In this document: one piece after another, positions 16,814 through 28,000 of the stretch
Layout: every line of letters begins with the position of its first letter
Position numbering within the stretch: position 1 is the first letter of the stretch
Source of the DNA: an uncultured virus (IMG/VR IMGVR_UViG_3300033068_001577)
Lineage: Duplodnaviria > Heunggongvirae > Uroviricota > Caudoviricetes
IMG/VR virus record: IMGVR_UViG_3300033068_001577
Length of the DNA: 64,000 nt
Reading direction: 5' to 3' (one strand)
Translations under genes and position numbers: made by a program
The notes under the pieces: generated by a model
What the model saw: the letters and a program-made list of their open reading frames with translations, nothing else
Databases searched by the model: none
Told to the model about the DNA's origin: nothing

Positions 16814-18115
16814 ATGCCAATCGACATCATTGAGGGGGACTCTCGCGAAGTCCTGACCGAGTTCGCAGACAACTCCATCGACTCGTGCGTTACCGATCCG
16901 CCCTATGCGCTGACCGCGAACAAGAAAGGCGGTACAGGCCCCGCGTCCGTAAATCTCAACACGCCGGCTGGGCGCGCCCGCATAACTGTCGGGTTCATGG
17001 GCAAGGCATGGGACAATGGCGACACGGCCTTCGATCCTGCCTTCTGGGTCGAGGTGCTGCGCGTCCTCAAGCCCGGCGCGCATCTTCTAGCCTTCGGCGG
17101 TACGCGCACCTATCACCGGCTGGTCTGCGCGATCGAGGACGCGGGCTTCGAAATCCGCGACCAGATCGGCTGGGCGTATGGGTCTGGATTTCCGAAATCG
17201 CATGATGTGGCTAAGTCAATTGACAAGGCTGCACGCGGCGTTCCGCATGGCGGCGCGGACCCGACGAGCCCGAACCACGGAAAGTTCAAGGGCGGTTGCT
17301 CTGACGAGAACGCAGGTGGGCAGGGATTTGGAGCTGGTCCAGGTCAATTCATGGCAGAAGCAGGCATTAAGGTCGTGCGTGAGTATGTCGATAATGCCGC
17401 GCAATGGCAAGGCTGGGGCACCGCGCTAAAGCCGGCGTGGGAGCCGATCTGCCTAGCCCGCAAACCACTGGCCGGGACGGTAGCCGAGAACGTGCTTGAG
17501 CACGGCACTGGCGCGCTGAATATCGATGGGTGTCGGGTTGGCTGGCCTGGCGACAAGGTTCCCGAGATTGGAACCCCCGCATGGGGAGGCCCGAACAAGA
17601 AGTCTACTGCGGTCCCCGGTCAGGACGGCGACACGGTTGAGCGAGTTGGCCCCTCCGAACTCGGCCGCTGGCCTGCCAACATCATCCACGACGGCAGCGA
17701 CGAGGTGCTGGCGGCGTTTCCGGATACGCGCTCTGGTGCAATGAAGCGCGAGGTTCCAGGTTACGATGGTGACAGCGTAACTGGGTTTATACGGGGCAGG
17801 AGCGGGCCATCCAATCAGCACGGAGACTCCGGCTCCGCCGCCCGCTTCTTCTATTGCGCCAAGGCCAGCAAGAAAGATCGCGGCGAGGGCAACAGCCATC
17901 CGACCGTGAAGCCGACCGAGCTGATGCGCTATCTGTGCCGGCTGGTGACGCCCCCCGGCGGCACGGTGCTGGACCCCTTTATGGGATCGGGCAGCACGGG
18001 CGTCGCGGCGCAGGACGAGGGCTTCTCGTTCACCGGCATCGAGGCCGACGCGAGCTACTTCGACATCGCGTGCAAGCGCCTTGGTCTTGACGACGCAATG
18101 CAGGCGGCGGAATAG
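16814..18115 (+). CDS. DNA methyltransferase (probably N6-adenine)
   Basis: TDPPY, GFPKS, GWGTALKPAWEPI, GRWPAN, HPTVKP, VLDPFMGSGSTG. Confidence 0.92.
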   Translation: MPIDIIEGDSREVLTEFADNSIDSCVTDPPYALTANKKGGTGPASVNLNTPAGRARITVGFMGKAWDNGDTAFDPAFWVEVLRVLKPGAHLLAFGGTRTYHRLVCAIEDAGFEIRDQIGWAYGSGFPKSHDVAKSIDKAARGVPHGGADPTSPNHGKFKGGCSDENAGGQGFGAGPGQFMAEAGIKVVREYVDNAAQWQGWGTALKPAWEPICLARKPLAGTVAENVLEHGTGALNIDGCRVGWPGDKVPEIGTPAWGGPNKKSTAVPGQDGDTVERVGPSELGRWPANIIHDGSDEVLAAFPDTRSGAMKREVPGYDGDSVTGFIRGRSGPSNQHGDSGSAARFFYCAKASKKDRGEGNSHPTVKPTELMRYLCRLVTPPGGTVLDPFMGSGSTGVAAQDEGFSFTGIEADASYFDIACKRLGLDDAMQAAE

Positions 18116-18117
18116 CG

Positions 18118-20463
18118 ATGCACCCCCACGACAACCGAACCGACCTGCGCCTCAAGCTCTATGAGAACGGCTTCACGCCGCTCGCCAACCGGCGCAAGAT
18201 GTGCCTCCTGAAAGACTGGTCACGCCTCGAGGTGACGCCCGACCTGATCCGCTCCAAGGAATGGGCGCGATCCAAGGCTTTCCCCGACACCGGCATCCGC
18301 TGCGGCGATGTCGTCGCGCTCGACTGGGACATCGACGACAAGGTGCTGCTCAACGACATGCTCGACGCCGCCGTCGAACAGGGTGTCGTTGCCGAGTCGC
18401 CCTTCGTCCGCATCGGCCGGCCGCCGCGTGAGCTCTGGGTCTATCGAACCAGCGATCGTATCGGCAAGCGAACGACTGGCCATTTCGCGCCGCCCGACGC
18501 GGCACCTGATTTCGGCGGCTATGCCGTCGAGGTGCTAGGCGCCGGCTGCCAGTTCGCCGCCTACGGCCAGCGCGACGATGAGAACTGGTACGACTGGCCC
18601 GATGCCAGCCTTGCCGATCACGTCTACATGGACCTGCCGCCGATCAGCATGGCTGAGGTCGAGGCGCTCGTCGCCTTCGCCGCGGGCTTCTTCGAGCAGC
18701 GCGGGTTGAAGCGCCTGTCGCCAGGCGGTGGCACCGACGCCGGCTACACCCACGCCTACGACCTGACCGAGGACCTGAGCTTCGAGGTCAAGGATGTCGG
18801 GCACCTGTCATTGGCCGAGATCACCGCCGCGCTTGAGGCCGATCCCGAGCGCGTCCTGCGCGTCACGGTTGACGCCCTTCGCCCCACCTCTGGCAGCTGG
18901 GCCGGCATGGCCTCGCTTGTCGGTGGCGTTCTCTGCGTCTCCGACCACGGCACTTACACCAGCCACTTCCCGGTATCCTACGACCTTGAGCGCAGCATGT
19001 CGGCGCTCGGCCAGCTCCTTGCCGGCCTCATAACGCAACCCAAGCCCAAGGAGCCGGCGCGCGGCAAGCTGCCGGACCTTGACCTCAATGCCCAGGCCGA
19101 GTTCGACGCCAACTACCGCGTCATGCTCGACAACTTCGTCTATGTCGCCGACACCGACGTGGTGATCGACCTCCGCCACCCGACGATCACCATGAAGATC
19201 CCGCACCTCCACAACCGCCTCTCGAACTTCACGACCGAAGAGGTCGGGCCCAAGGGCGGCAAGGTCATCACGCGCCTCTCTGACCTGTGGATGCGCAACC
19301 CCAACCGCATGATGGTCCGCGGCTTCGGGCTCAGACCCGACCGTGAGTGGCCGGTCTACGAGGAGAATGGCGACCGCCACCTCAACACCTTCCGCGACCA
19401 CGTCCTGCCCGAAGATGGCGATGCCGCCATGGGCTTTGACTTCCTCGAGCGCCTGCTACCGATCGCCGAGGAGCGCCAGTATTTCATTCGCTGGCTAGGC
19501 AACAAGCTGTTGCACCCTGAGCAGCGCGGCCCGGCGATCTTCATGGTGGCGCACGAGACCTACGGCACCGGGCGCGGTTCGCTGATCTCGATCATCCGCT
19601 CGATGTTCGCGCCCGGGCTGGTCCGCAACATCGACTTCAAGACGCTCTCGGGCCAGACCTACCAGAGCCAGTACAACGAGTGGCTGTCCGACAGCCTGAT
19701 CGTCGCGGTCGACGAGGCGCAGGAAGCCACGCAAACCATGTCGCGCTGGCAGACGCGCCTCAATGCCTATGAGCATCTGAAGGGCGTCATCGACCCGGCC
19801 GTCAACGACCTCGACGTCAAGCGCAAGGGCATCTCGAACGGACCCGGCCGCACCTACGCCTCGATCATGGTGATGACCAACCACATGGATTCGCTGGTCC
19901 TGCCCAAGAACGACCGGCGCATCGCCGTGCTCGAGAACGGCAACACCCAGTCCGAAGCCTACTATGCCGCGCTGCACGCCTGGCGCGCCGTGCCGGGCAA
20001 TATCGGCGCGTTCGTCCGGGCGTTGAAGGACGTCGACATGGGAACCTACAGCGCCTTCGCCGCGCCGCCGATGACCAAGGCCAAGGTCGAGATGGCCGAG
20101 GCCGGGGAGTCCGAGATCGACCGGCTGTTCAAGAGCGCCACCGGACGCTGGGCCAACACGGTCCTCGTCAAGGAACAGGTGCTGCTCGCGCTCGAGGACG
20201 AGATCGCCGACAACACTGTCGAGTTGCCCGACGACTGGCGGCGGACGGCCGAGCGACTGTTCACGCGCGCGACGCGCACGCTTCCCGAGGCGCTGCCGGC
20301 GCGGCTGCGGATCGAGGGCAAGCAACGCCAGGTGCGCATGTTCGGACGCCCGGCCCCGGCAGTTTTACAGTCCGCGCAGACTGTGCTAGACGAGGTTCTG
20401 CGCAACGGTCCTGTCTCGCGTCCAATGCGCGCAAATAACGTGGTGTCGTTCCCGTCGCGCTAG
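18118..20463 (+). CDS. primase/polymerase fused to P-loop helicase (DUF5906-like)
   Basis: Prim-pol-like TGIRCG..VALDWD and VEVLG.G.QF.AYG; C-terminal YGTGRGS, SQYNEW, VAVDE, MTNH, DRR. Confidence 0.8.
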   Translation: MHPHDNRTDLRLKLYENGFTPLANRRKMCLLKDWSRLEVTPDLIRSKEWARSKAFPDTGIRCGDVVALDWDIDDKVLLNDMLDAAVEQGVVAESPFVRIGRPPRELWVYRTSDRIGKRTTGHFAPPDAAPDFGGYAVEVLGAGCQFAAYGQRDDENWYDWPDASLADHVYMDLPPISMAEVEALVAFAAGFFEQRGLKRLSPGGGTDAGYTHAYDLTEDLSFEVKDVGHLSLAEITAALEADPERVLRVTVDALRPTSGSWAGMASLVGGVLCVSDHGTYTSHFPVSYDLERSMSALGQLLAGLITQPKPKEPARGKLPDLDLNAQAEFDANYRVMLDNFVYVADTDVVIDLRHPTITMKIPHLHNRLSNFTTEEVGPKGGKVITRLSDLWMRNPNRMMVRGFGLRPDREWPVYEENGDRHLNTFRDHVLPEDGDAAMGFDFLERLLPIAEERQYFIRWLGNKLLHPEQRGPAIFMVAHETYGTGRGSLISIIRSMFAPGLVRNIDFKTLSGQTYQSQYNEWLSDSLIVAVDEAQEATQTMSRWQTRLNAYEHLKGVIDPAVNDLDVKRKGISNGPGRTYASIMVMTNHMDSLVLPKNDRRIAVLENGNTQSEAYYAALHAWRAVPGNIGAFVRALKDVDMGTYSAFAAPPMTKAKVEMAEAGESEIDRLFKSATGRWANTVLVKEQVLLALEDEIADNTVELPDDWRRTAERLFTRATRTLPEALPARLRIEGKQRQVRMFGRPAPAVLQSAQTVLDEVLRNGPVSRPMRANNVVSFPSR

Positions 20464-20472
20464 AGGCTTTGT

Positions 20473-21078
20473 ATGAAAACCAACCAGGCAGCTCTTGATC
20501 TCATCAAGGAGTTTGAAGGTTGGCGCGCAAATGCTTACCCCGACCCGGCAACTGGCGCCGAGCCCTGGACGGTCGGTTATGGGCACACAACTGCTGCCGG
20601 GCCGCCGAAAGTTTACAAGGGACTTTCGATCACCAAGGAACAGGGTGAGGCCATTCTCAAGGCCGACCTGATCGCGGTCGAGAACACCGTGCTCAAAGCC
20701 GTCAAGGTGCCGCTGACCGCCAACCAGTTCGGGGCGCTGGTCAGCTTCACCTACAATGTCGGCGGCGGCAATCTTCGCAAGTCGACGCTCCTCAAGAAGG
20801 TCAACCTCGGTGACTTCGCCGGAGCCGGTAACGAGTTCGCGAAGTGGAACAAGGCGGCCGGCAAGGTCATGGCCGGGCTGACACGCCGCCGCCAGGCCGA
20901 GGCCCTGCTGTTCCGCCGTGCCGACAACGCCGCCGCCCCACCCCCGCCCGACGTCGAGCCGATCGACGACACGCCCGTGCAGCACCCGGTGAGCCTGCAG
21001 CTGACGCCCGTCGGCTGGCTCATCATCGGGGCGCTGGCGCTGGCCGGCGTCTTCATCCTTTTCCGCATGCTGACCTGA
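20473..21078 (+). CDS. endolysin, GH24 (T4/P21-like) lysozyme with C-terminal hydrophobic helix
   Basis: IKEFEG...AYPD...WTVGYGHT, NQFGALVSFTYNVG, GLTRRRQAE. Confidence 0.92.
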   Translation: MKTNQAALDLIKEFEGWRANAYPDPATGAEPWTVGYGHTTAAGPPKVYKGLSITKEQGEAILKADLIAVENTVLKAVKVPLTANQFGALVSFTYNVGGGNLRKSTLLKKVNLGDFAGAGNEFAKWNKAAGKVMAGLTRRRQAEALLFRRADNAAAPPPPDVEPIDDTPVQHPVSLQLTPVGWLIIGALALAGVFILFRMLT

Positions 21079-21089
21079 AAGGCAGAACC

Positions 21090-21395
21090 ATGAACGCCGC
21101 GACTATCATCACGCTTCTCCGCTACGCCCTGCAGGCGATCGGCGGCTACCTCGTCGCCAACGGCAAGTTCTCTCCCGAGAACTGGGAGACGATCTCCGGC
21201 GCCGTGCTGGTGCTTTTGCCGGCGCTGTTCGGCACGCTCGCTTCCAACTCCTCCAAGGTCGTCAGCGACGGCAAGACCGTCGCGGTGAAGGACCTGCCGC
21301 CCGGCGTGCAGAAGGACCTGAAGACCGCGGCCGACAATGCGCCGCGTGCCGGTTTCTTCGAACAGCTCATCGGCGTTTTCTTCTCGCGCCGCTGA
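21090..21395 (+). CDS. putative holin
   Basis: Two hydrophobic segments; directly after the lysin. Confidence 0.6.
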   Translation: MNAATIITLLRYALQAIGGYLVANGKFSPENWETISGAVLVLLPALFGTLASNSSKVVSDGKTVAVKDLPPGVQKDLKTAADNAPRAGFFEQLIGVFFSRR

Positions 21396-21463
21396 ACGAC
21401 TTACGGCCTGCGCCCGCCTGCGCTGCAACTCGACGCGACTTGTAATCGTTAAGCCAAGAGTGG

Positions 21464-21691
21464 GTGACGGACGTGGTAGTACAGGACCAGCAATTCGAGG
21501 CATTGCGCGACCGGGTCGTCACCCTCGAGCAGAAATACGCCGTCCGGGAGGAAACCCTTGCAGGTATCAACACTCGACTCGACCGTATCGAGAGCACGCT
21601 CTCCCGGATCACCTGGCTCCTCATCGGGGGTATCATCTCTGGCGCCATCGCTTTCATCATCCAGGGCGGTCTGCGTGTCCCGGTCGTATAG
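21464..21691 (+). CDS. coiled-coil plus transmembrane protein (XhlA/holin-like)
   Basis: RVVTLE...RLDRIE coiled coil followed by WLLIGGIISGAIAFII. Confidence 0.6.
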   Translation: MTDVVVQDQQFEALRDRVVTLEQKYAVREETLAGINTRLDRIESTLSRITWLLIGGIISGAIAFIIQGGLRVPVV

Positions 21692-21695
21692 GGTG

Positions 21696-22088
21696 ATGCA
21701 CAGCACCGCGATCTGGGTGCTGCTGCTCCTTCTGGCGTTCCTGCCGGTCTATGGGCCGTACATGGTCTATGCCGAGGGCGTGCTTCTCCCCGTTACCTCC
21801 AAGATCGAAATCGTCGAGACGCGCCCGTCGGGCACCAGGCTCGACGTGCGCTTCGCCTACACCAAGTACCGATCCTGCGAACTGGTCAGCACGTTGCTCA
21901 AGCGCGGCGAGCAGGAGATCGATTTCAGCCCGGTGCTCGGCAACGCCGCACCCCCGACAACGCGCCTCCCCGACCAGCAGATCTCGCGCCTGTGGCACGT
22001 CGACGCTCCGACGCTTGATGGCTTGGAGATGTGGTTCCTGCACCGCTGCTCGCCGTTGTGGCTGACGGCCACGCAGGTCATGCCCTGA
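21696..22088 (+). CDS. membrane-anchored hypothetical protein
   Basis: N-terminal hydrophobic helix, K.R.C and HRC..LW motifs; start may be slightly upstream. Confidence 0.55.
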   Translation: MHSTAIWVLLLLLAFLPVYGPYMVYAEGVLLPVTSKIEIVETRPSGTRLDVRFAYTKYRSCELVSTLLKRGEQEIDFSPVLGNAAPPTTRLPDQQISRLWHVDAPTLDGLEMWFLHRCSPLWLTATQVMP

Positions 22089-25000
22089 TTATTGCGTCCC
22101 GGCCAGACGCTTCCTCGTGAAGTAGAGCGCGGTCAGCCGCGCCATCAGCCGATCCTGTTCGGCTCTCAGCTTCAGTTCGATCTCGCGCTTGCGCGCATCC
22201 GGCACGGCCTCGTTCTCGCGCAGGTCGCGCAGCTGCTTTCGCAGATCGCTCAGCGTCTTGTTGACGCCCTCGAACGTGTCGATCAGTTCGACCTCGGCGC
22301 GCTTGGTTTCGAACAGCTTCCGCCCGGCCGCGACATCGCCCGTCTCCTGCGCCAGCTCCATCTCCTTGGCGACATAGCCGATCTCCTCGGCGATGGCGTA
22401 GTAGCGCTCGGTCGCGGCGCGACTGTTGACCGACCCGACAAGGCGCCGGGCGAACGGGATGTCGCCGATCTCGATGTCGGCGAAGTCGCCTTGCAGCGCC
22501 TTGGGGCCGGTGTCGAGCGTCAGCGTGCCGAGGCGCTGGACGAACTTACCGAGCGCGCCGGTCGCGTAGTCGAAGCCGTACTGCAGGATCTCGGGCGAGA
22601 TGTCGACCGTACCCGGACGAACCTCGTTGCCACCGGTCAGGGCGTTCAGCTGCGCTGCCACGTCGCGGGGGATGTCGCTGGTGTTCGACCAGTATTTCTG
22701 GCTCTCGGGCACCGGCACGCCGAAGCTCGGGCGCTCGGGCACGATGTCGTTGCCGGCATAGTCCTTGTTGCGCACGACGTCGACGAGCGGATCGACCAGC
22801 GTCGGTGCGATGAAGTTGAGGATGTCCTGGGCGCCGCCCAGCGGGTTGAAGGCGTCGAGGAAGGTCAGCAGCGAACTGGCCACGGCCTTGCCCGGGTTGT
22901 GCACCGGCGAGCCCGAGAAGCCCGCGCTCATGTTGCGGCCGAGATTGTAGAAGGCGTTGAAGCCGTAGGGCATCGGGAAGGCGAAGTAGCCCTTCTCGAC
23001 CCCCATCGACTTGAGCAGGCCAAAGGGGTCCATCAGGACGAAGTTCGTCTCGAGCACATAGTCCGGCACGTCATCATAATCGGGCACGCCGTTCTCGTCA
23101 TCGTCGCCCGACAGCGCCCGGTTGAGCATGTCCTGCAGCAGCCCGGCCATGACGACGCCAGCAACGAGCTTCTGGACGCGCTTGCTGCGCAGACCGTTCA
23201 TCAGGACGAACGAGCCCTGCACCGAGGCGTTGTAGAACAGATAGGCCGCGTTCATCGCGCCCTTCATCTCGCCGCCCTTGTTGAAGTTGACGGTGAGGTT
23301 CTTGGCGAGATAGGCCGCCTGCGGCACGCTGGTGCCGGCATCACGCGCGGCCTTGTAGGCTGCGAGCCGGAAAGCGTTCTCAGCCACCTTGTTGTAGTCG
23401 TCGACGAACTTGCCGACCTGCCCGAGATAGTCGGCGATCTTGCGCGGCGTCGTTGCCAGCCCGGTCTTGGTGACGCTGCGCCGGATGCGCCGGACCTGCG
23501 ACTCCAGGTCCTGGATGCCGAGGAACTCGGTGGTGCCCCCGGCCTCCTGCATCTCGCGGAACGTCGCGGCCCACGGCCCCGAGGTGTTGCCGTCGCGTAG
23601 CACGGCGCGGATGCCGGCCATCGCCGCCGGGGCGTCGCCGATAATCTTCCGGGCCAGTTTCGGGATGTCGTATTGCTGGCCGAGGATCGCCGCCGTCTGG
23701 GCGTCGCGGGCCAGGTTGGAGATCATGAACTCGGGGTTCCACGCCGTGTTCACTGTCGCGAGGTAGCGGTTGATGCGCCCAGCGACAGCGCCGAGGGCGT
23801 TGACCAGATCGTTGCTCGACGACACGTAGTCGGACTTGATGGCCCGTGCGACGCGCTCGTCAGTGACGCGCGCCACGATCTCACGGCCCTTGTATTTGGC
23901 CGTGACGATGTCGGGCTGCTGCCGGTAGGTCGGATCGCCGGCCTCGTGGATCATGCCGTTCGGCCCGACGACGCGGCGCGTCGGCGCGCTTTTCAGCACC
24001 GTGCCGTAGCCGATGTCGGGGTTATCCTGCAGCAGCTTCATGAAGCTCAGCGCCACCTGGTTCTTCTCGGCGCGGATCACGGCCTCGGTGTTCTGCAAGA
24101 ACAGGTGCCCGAGGATGTCGCCGGCCTTGCGCTCGCGGCCGGTCATCGAGCGGTCCTCGCGGCCACCGACGCCGAAGCCCTTGCCCGAGCGGGCCCGGGT
24201 CTGGTTGCCGCTCGGCTGGTCGGGATCGAGGTCTTCTTCAGCGAAGCCGCGCAACGGCACGTAGTGCTTGAACGGCGACTCGGTGTCGGGCGAGATCAAG
24301 CCGCCCTCGATGCGCGTCGCCGTGGTGTTGGCGGTGATGGCGCGCGCCATGCGCTCGAGGCCGTTGAGGTCGGGCAGCTTGCCTTCGAGCGCCAGCCTGT
24401 CGAGGATCGCCGTCGCCTCGGCGTCGGTCATGCCGCTCGGGTTGTCGAGCGTCGAGCCGCGGGCGCGCAGGTAGGCGTTCCGCTCCGGCGCGTGGAGGGC
24501 GTAGAGGTAATCCTCGAAGTCCTTGGGCGTCACCTTGTTCGGCCCGTCATAAGCGCGCTTCAGCGCCTCGAGCAGCGGCAGCTGCAAGGTCTCTTCGCGC
24601 TGGCGGATCTGGTCGAACACCTTGCCGTGGTAGAGCTGTTCCAGCATGTAGGTGTCGTTGGTGTCGTCGAGATTGCCGCCGCGCTCGCCGATGTCCTCGA
24701 TCATCTCCTTGACCGAGAGCATGCGGTCCTGGAGCTTGACGCGCGCGTCGAACACCGACTTGAAACCGATCGGCAGAGGCAGCACTTCGCGCTTGGAGCG
24801 CCCGAGATTGTGGAGGAACTTGCCGACTGCCGTCTCGGTGCGCTGGCGCACGATGTTGAACATCGGGCGCGGCGGGGTGTTCGGCACGCGCTCGCCCGGC
24901 GCGGCGTTGATGCTGTAGCGAATGCGCGCGTCGGCCGGGTCGAATGTCCCCCGGTTGTCGACCGACTTGATCTGGGTCGGCTCGAAGGCGACGTATTGAT

Positions 25001-28000
25001 CGCCATCGCCATACTGATCCATCACGTCGCGCACAATCAGGCCGTCGTAGCCCTGCTTGCGCGCCCACTCAGCGAGTTCGTCGATCTGGATCGTCAGGTC
25101 TTCGTTGAACCACTCGTCTTTAAGCGCCCGCGGCGCAGGTACGTGAGACCAGCTTGCGCCATCGGCGTTAACCTCAAGCGGGTTCTCAAGCGCTAGATAC
25201 GTGGAATATAGCTGCCCGCCTTTAGCGTATTTTTCGCCGACGCTCTTGCTGCTGGAGAAGAACACATTACCCTGAATGCGGCTTCCGTCCTGCCCGTAAA
25301 AGGCTGTTTTACCGAGCCTGTCGCCCCGGTAGACAACCAGCGGTGCGCCCGCCTCGTCGATCACCTTGCTGTCACCGAACCACCGCTTGAAGGCCGGATT
25401 GCCGCCGACGCCTACCGAGTAGCGCGCGCCGCGCAGATCGGGATCGAACTCCTTGAACCCGCCATGCGGCAGCGGCACGCGTGTGTTGTTGGCCTCGATC
25501 GCCGTGACCAGGCCGAGCCCGTCGGGGCGCTTTGGGTAGAGCATGACAGGCAGCGTGCTGGCATCGGGCCGGCCGGCCAGCGCCCGGGCGATGAACGCCC
25601 CGTCGCTCTCCGTCGCCCGGACATTGCCGGCGTAGCCGTCGATGACAAGGGAAGGCATCGTCGAGAACTTGTAGCCCTCGGCTGACGCCGCGTCATAGAC
25701 GTCCTGCTCGGGATTGACCGCGCGGCTCGAGACAGCGAGGAAATCGTCGGCGTTCATGTAGACCAGCACGGCGCCGCGCTCGCCTTCGCGCGCCATGCGC
25801 AACTGCTCGTCCACCATCTCGCCGCCGAAGTAGCGCGCGCTCGGCAGCGGCTCGGTCAGCACCGGGCTCGAGGTGTCGGGCTTGCTCAGGACCCCGCCGG
25901 GGCTGCGCGCCGGGTTGCCGTAAAGCCTGCCGCCGGGGAGGGCGTCGTCGAACTTGGAGAACTTCGGGTTCTCTTCAAGGATCTGGATGCGGCTGTCGTC
26001 GTAGACGACGTAGTTGTAAGTGCGGTCGGCGTTGAGTCGCTTGGCCTCCGCGTCGGCAGCGGCCTCGCTGTCGAAGAACTGCGGAGCAGCCGAGTTGTTT
26101 CGGACGTTGATGAGCGGCCACTTGCCTTTGGGTGTGCCCGGTACGTCGTCAGGATGCGCGGCAACCCACTTGCCCGGGCCGCGCGAACTCGCGTCCTCGT
26201 AGCGGTGCCCAGGGATGCCAGCGGCGCGGAAAGCCTCAGAGGCGCGCGACGGGCCGCCGAGTGCGTTGGCCACGGCGTCATAGATCGCGTTGACCGGGAA
26301 GTTGCTTGCCAGCATATCGGCGGCGCTTGGGTTGGCACGCGTACCCGGCAGGGACTTGACGACCTGGGTCAGCGCTGCCCGAACAGCAGGGGGCTGAGAT
26401 GTGACGTTGCTATCCCAATCGAGCAGTTCGTTGTCTTCGGGGATGTCGACCTTGTAGAGATTGCCGCTGCCCGCAACAGCGTCGAGCAGTTCCTGCGACG
26501 GGTCCCAGTTCGCAACGTTCTTGCTGAACGCGGCCGAGATCGCCTGCGACGGGTAATCGAAGCCCAGCCAGCCGTCAGCTTCGAGAGCCTTGAGGATCCT
26601 GTCCTGGTACGGTGTAAAGTGCCCGGTGCCTACCAACTCCATGACATCCGAAACGTCGGCGTCGTCTGGAAGCGCGTCGCGGAACTCCTTGACCGTGCTC
26701 TTGTACGACAGCGCCCGGCGGTAGTGCTCGGCAATCTCGCGCTTCCCGGCAAAGTACAGCCCGTGCCCGAAAGCCTGTGCGCCTTCGCCCGTACCGATCT
26801 TCGACGACGAGAACTTGTCGACCTTATGCGGCGTGCCGTGGTAGCCGACCATGTAGCGCGGTGATGCCTCGGCCGCCGAAGCAGCATCTGCCAGCGCCCA
26901 GCCCGGATCGGCGGCGACTAGCGGGTCGGGCAGTAGGAACGCCTTCTGCTGGGCAAACTCGCGCTGGTTGGGCGGCAGGTAGTCGACATCGGTCTGGCCC
27001 GGCACGGTGCCGTCCTTGCGCCGCATGTGCGGGCCGAAATTGTCCCAGGCACCCTGCGCCAGCGTCTCGGTGGCGAGCGCGCGCCGGGCCTCGGGCGACA
27101 GCAGCCGGGCGTGCTCGTGGTAAGCGTTGTAGCGCCCGAGCGGCGAATCATTGAAGCCGGACTGGCCGTGACCATAGACGTCGTGGACGACGCGCAGCAC
27201 ATCGTTCCAGGTCAGGTCCTGCCCGTCGACCGTCTTGATGCCCGCTGCGGCATTGAGCGGGTGCCCCGGATTGTCGGCCCCGGCCCCGAACATGTCGGCG
27301 CTCAGCCGAAGCTGCAGGCGCCCGGCGCTAAGGTCCGCGAACATCGCGCCCCGCGACGCGTAGGGCGAGCCGTCGCCGGTGAAGGCGGTTACCTTGACGT
27401 CGCCGAGCTCCTGCCACATGGCGCGCGTCTCGTCGATCAGGGCGCGGTACGCCTTGGCAACGCCCGTGCTGTCGGGGTTGTGCCCGGCCTTCTGCTGCAC
27501 GTCGGCGACGCGCTGCATGTAGGTCTCATCGACAGGCAGCAGCGTCATCAGCCGCCCGCCCTTGATCCCGGCCTTCTGCCGATAGCGCTCGGCGATCGTG
27601 CCAACGGCCGCCCGGTCCATCAGCGCGCCCGTCTCGTAGGACGAGGCGGGTGTCGTGCCGAGCACGGTCTTGGGGCCGGAGCGCCCGTAGCGATCTTCGC
27701 GCGCCTGGGTACGGGCCCGCAGATACTCGCGCGAGGCGCGACGGACGCCCGGCTCGTCGCCCGCGGCCTTCGCTACCGTGGCGACGGCGCTCGCCTCCTG
27801 CATGGTGCGCGTCGCCCGGGCCCGGGGCTCGGATGCGCCCGGCGGGCGCAGCGCGTCTTCGACCAGCTTGCCGGTTTCGATGGCCGAGAACACATCCTCG
27901 GGCACGGCGCCGATCAGGCGCTTGAACCACTCGGCCAGCTGGCTGAACACCGTTGCGGGCTTGCCCACGACATTGCGGCGGTTCGAGGCCCAGTGCCGGA

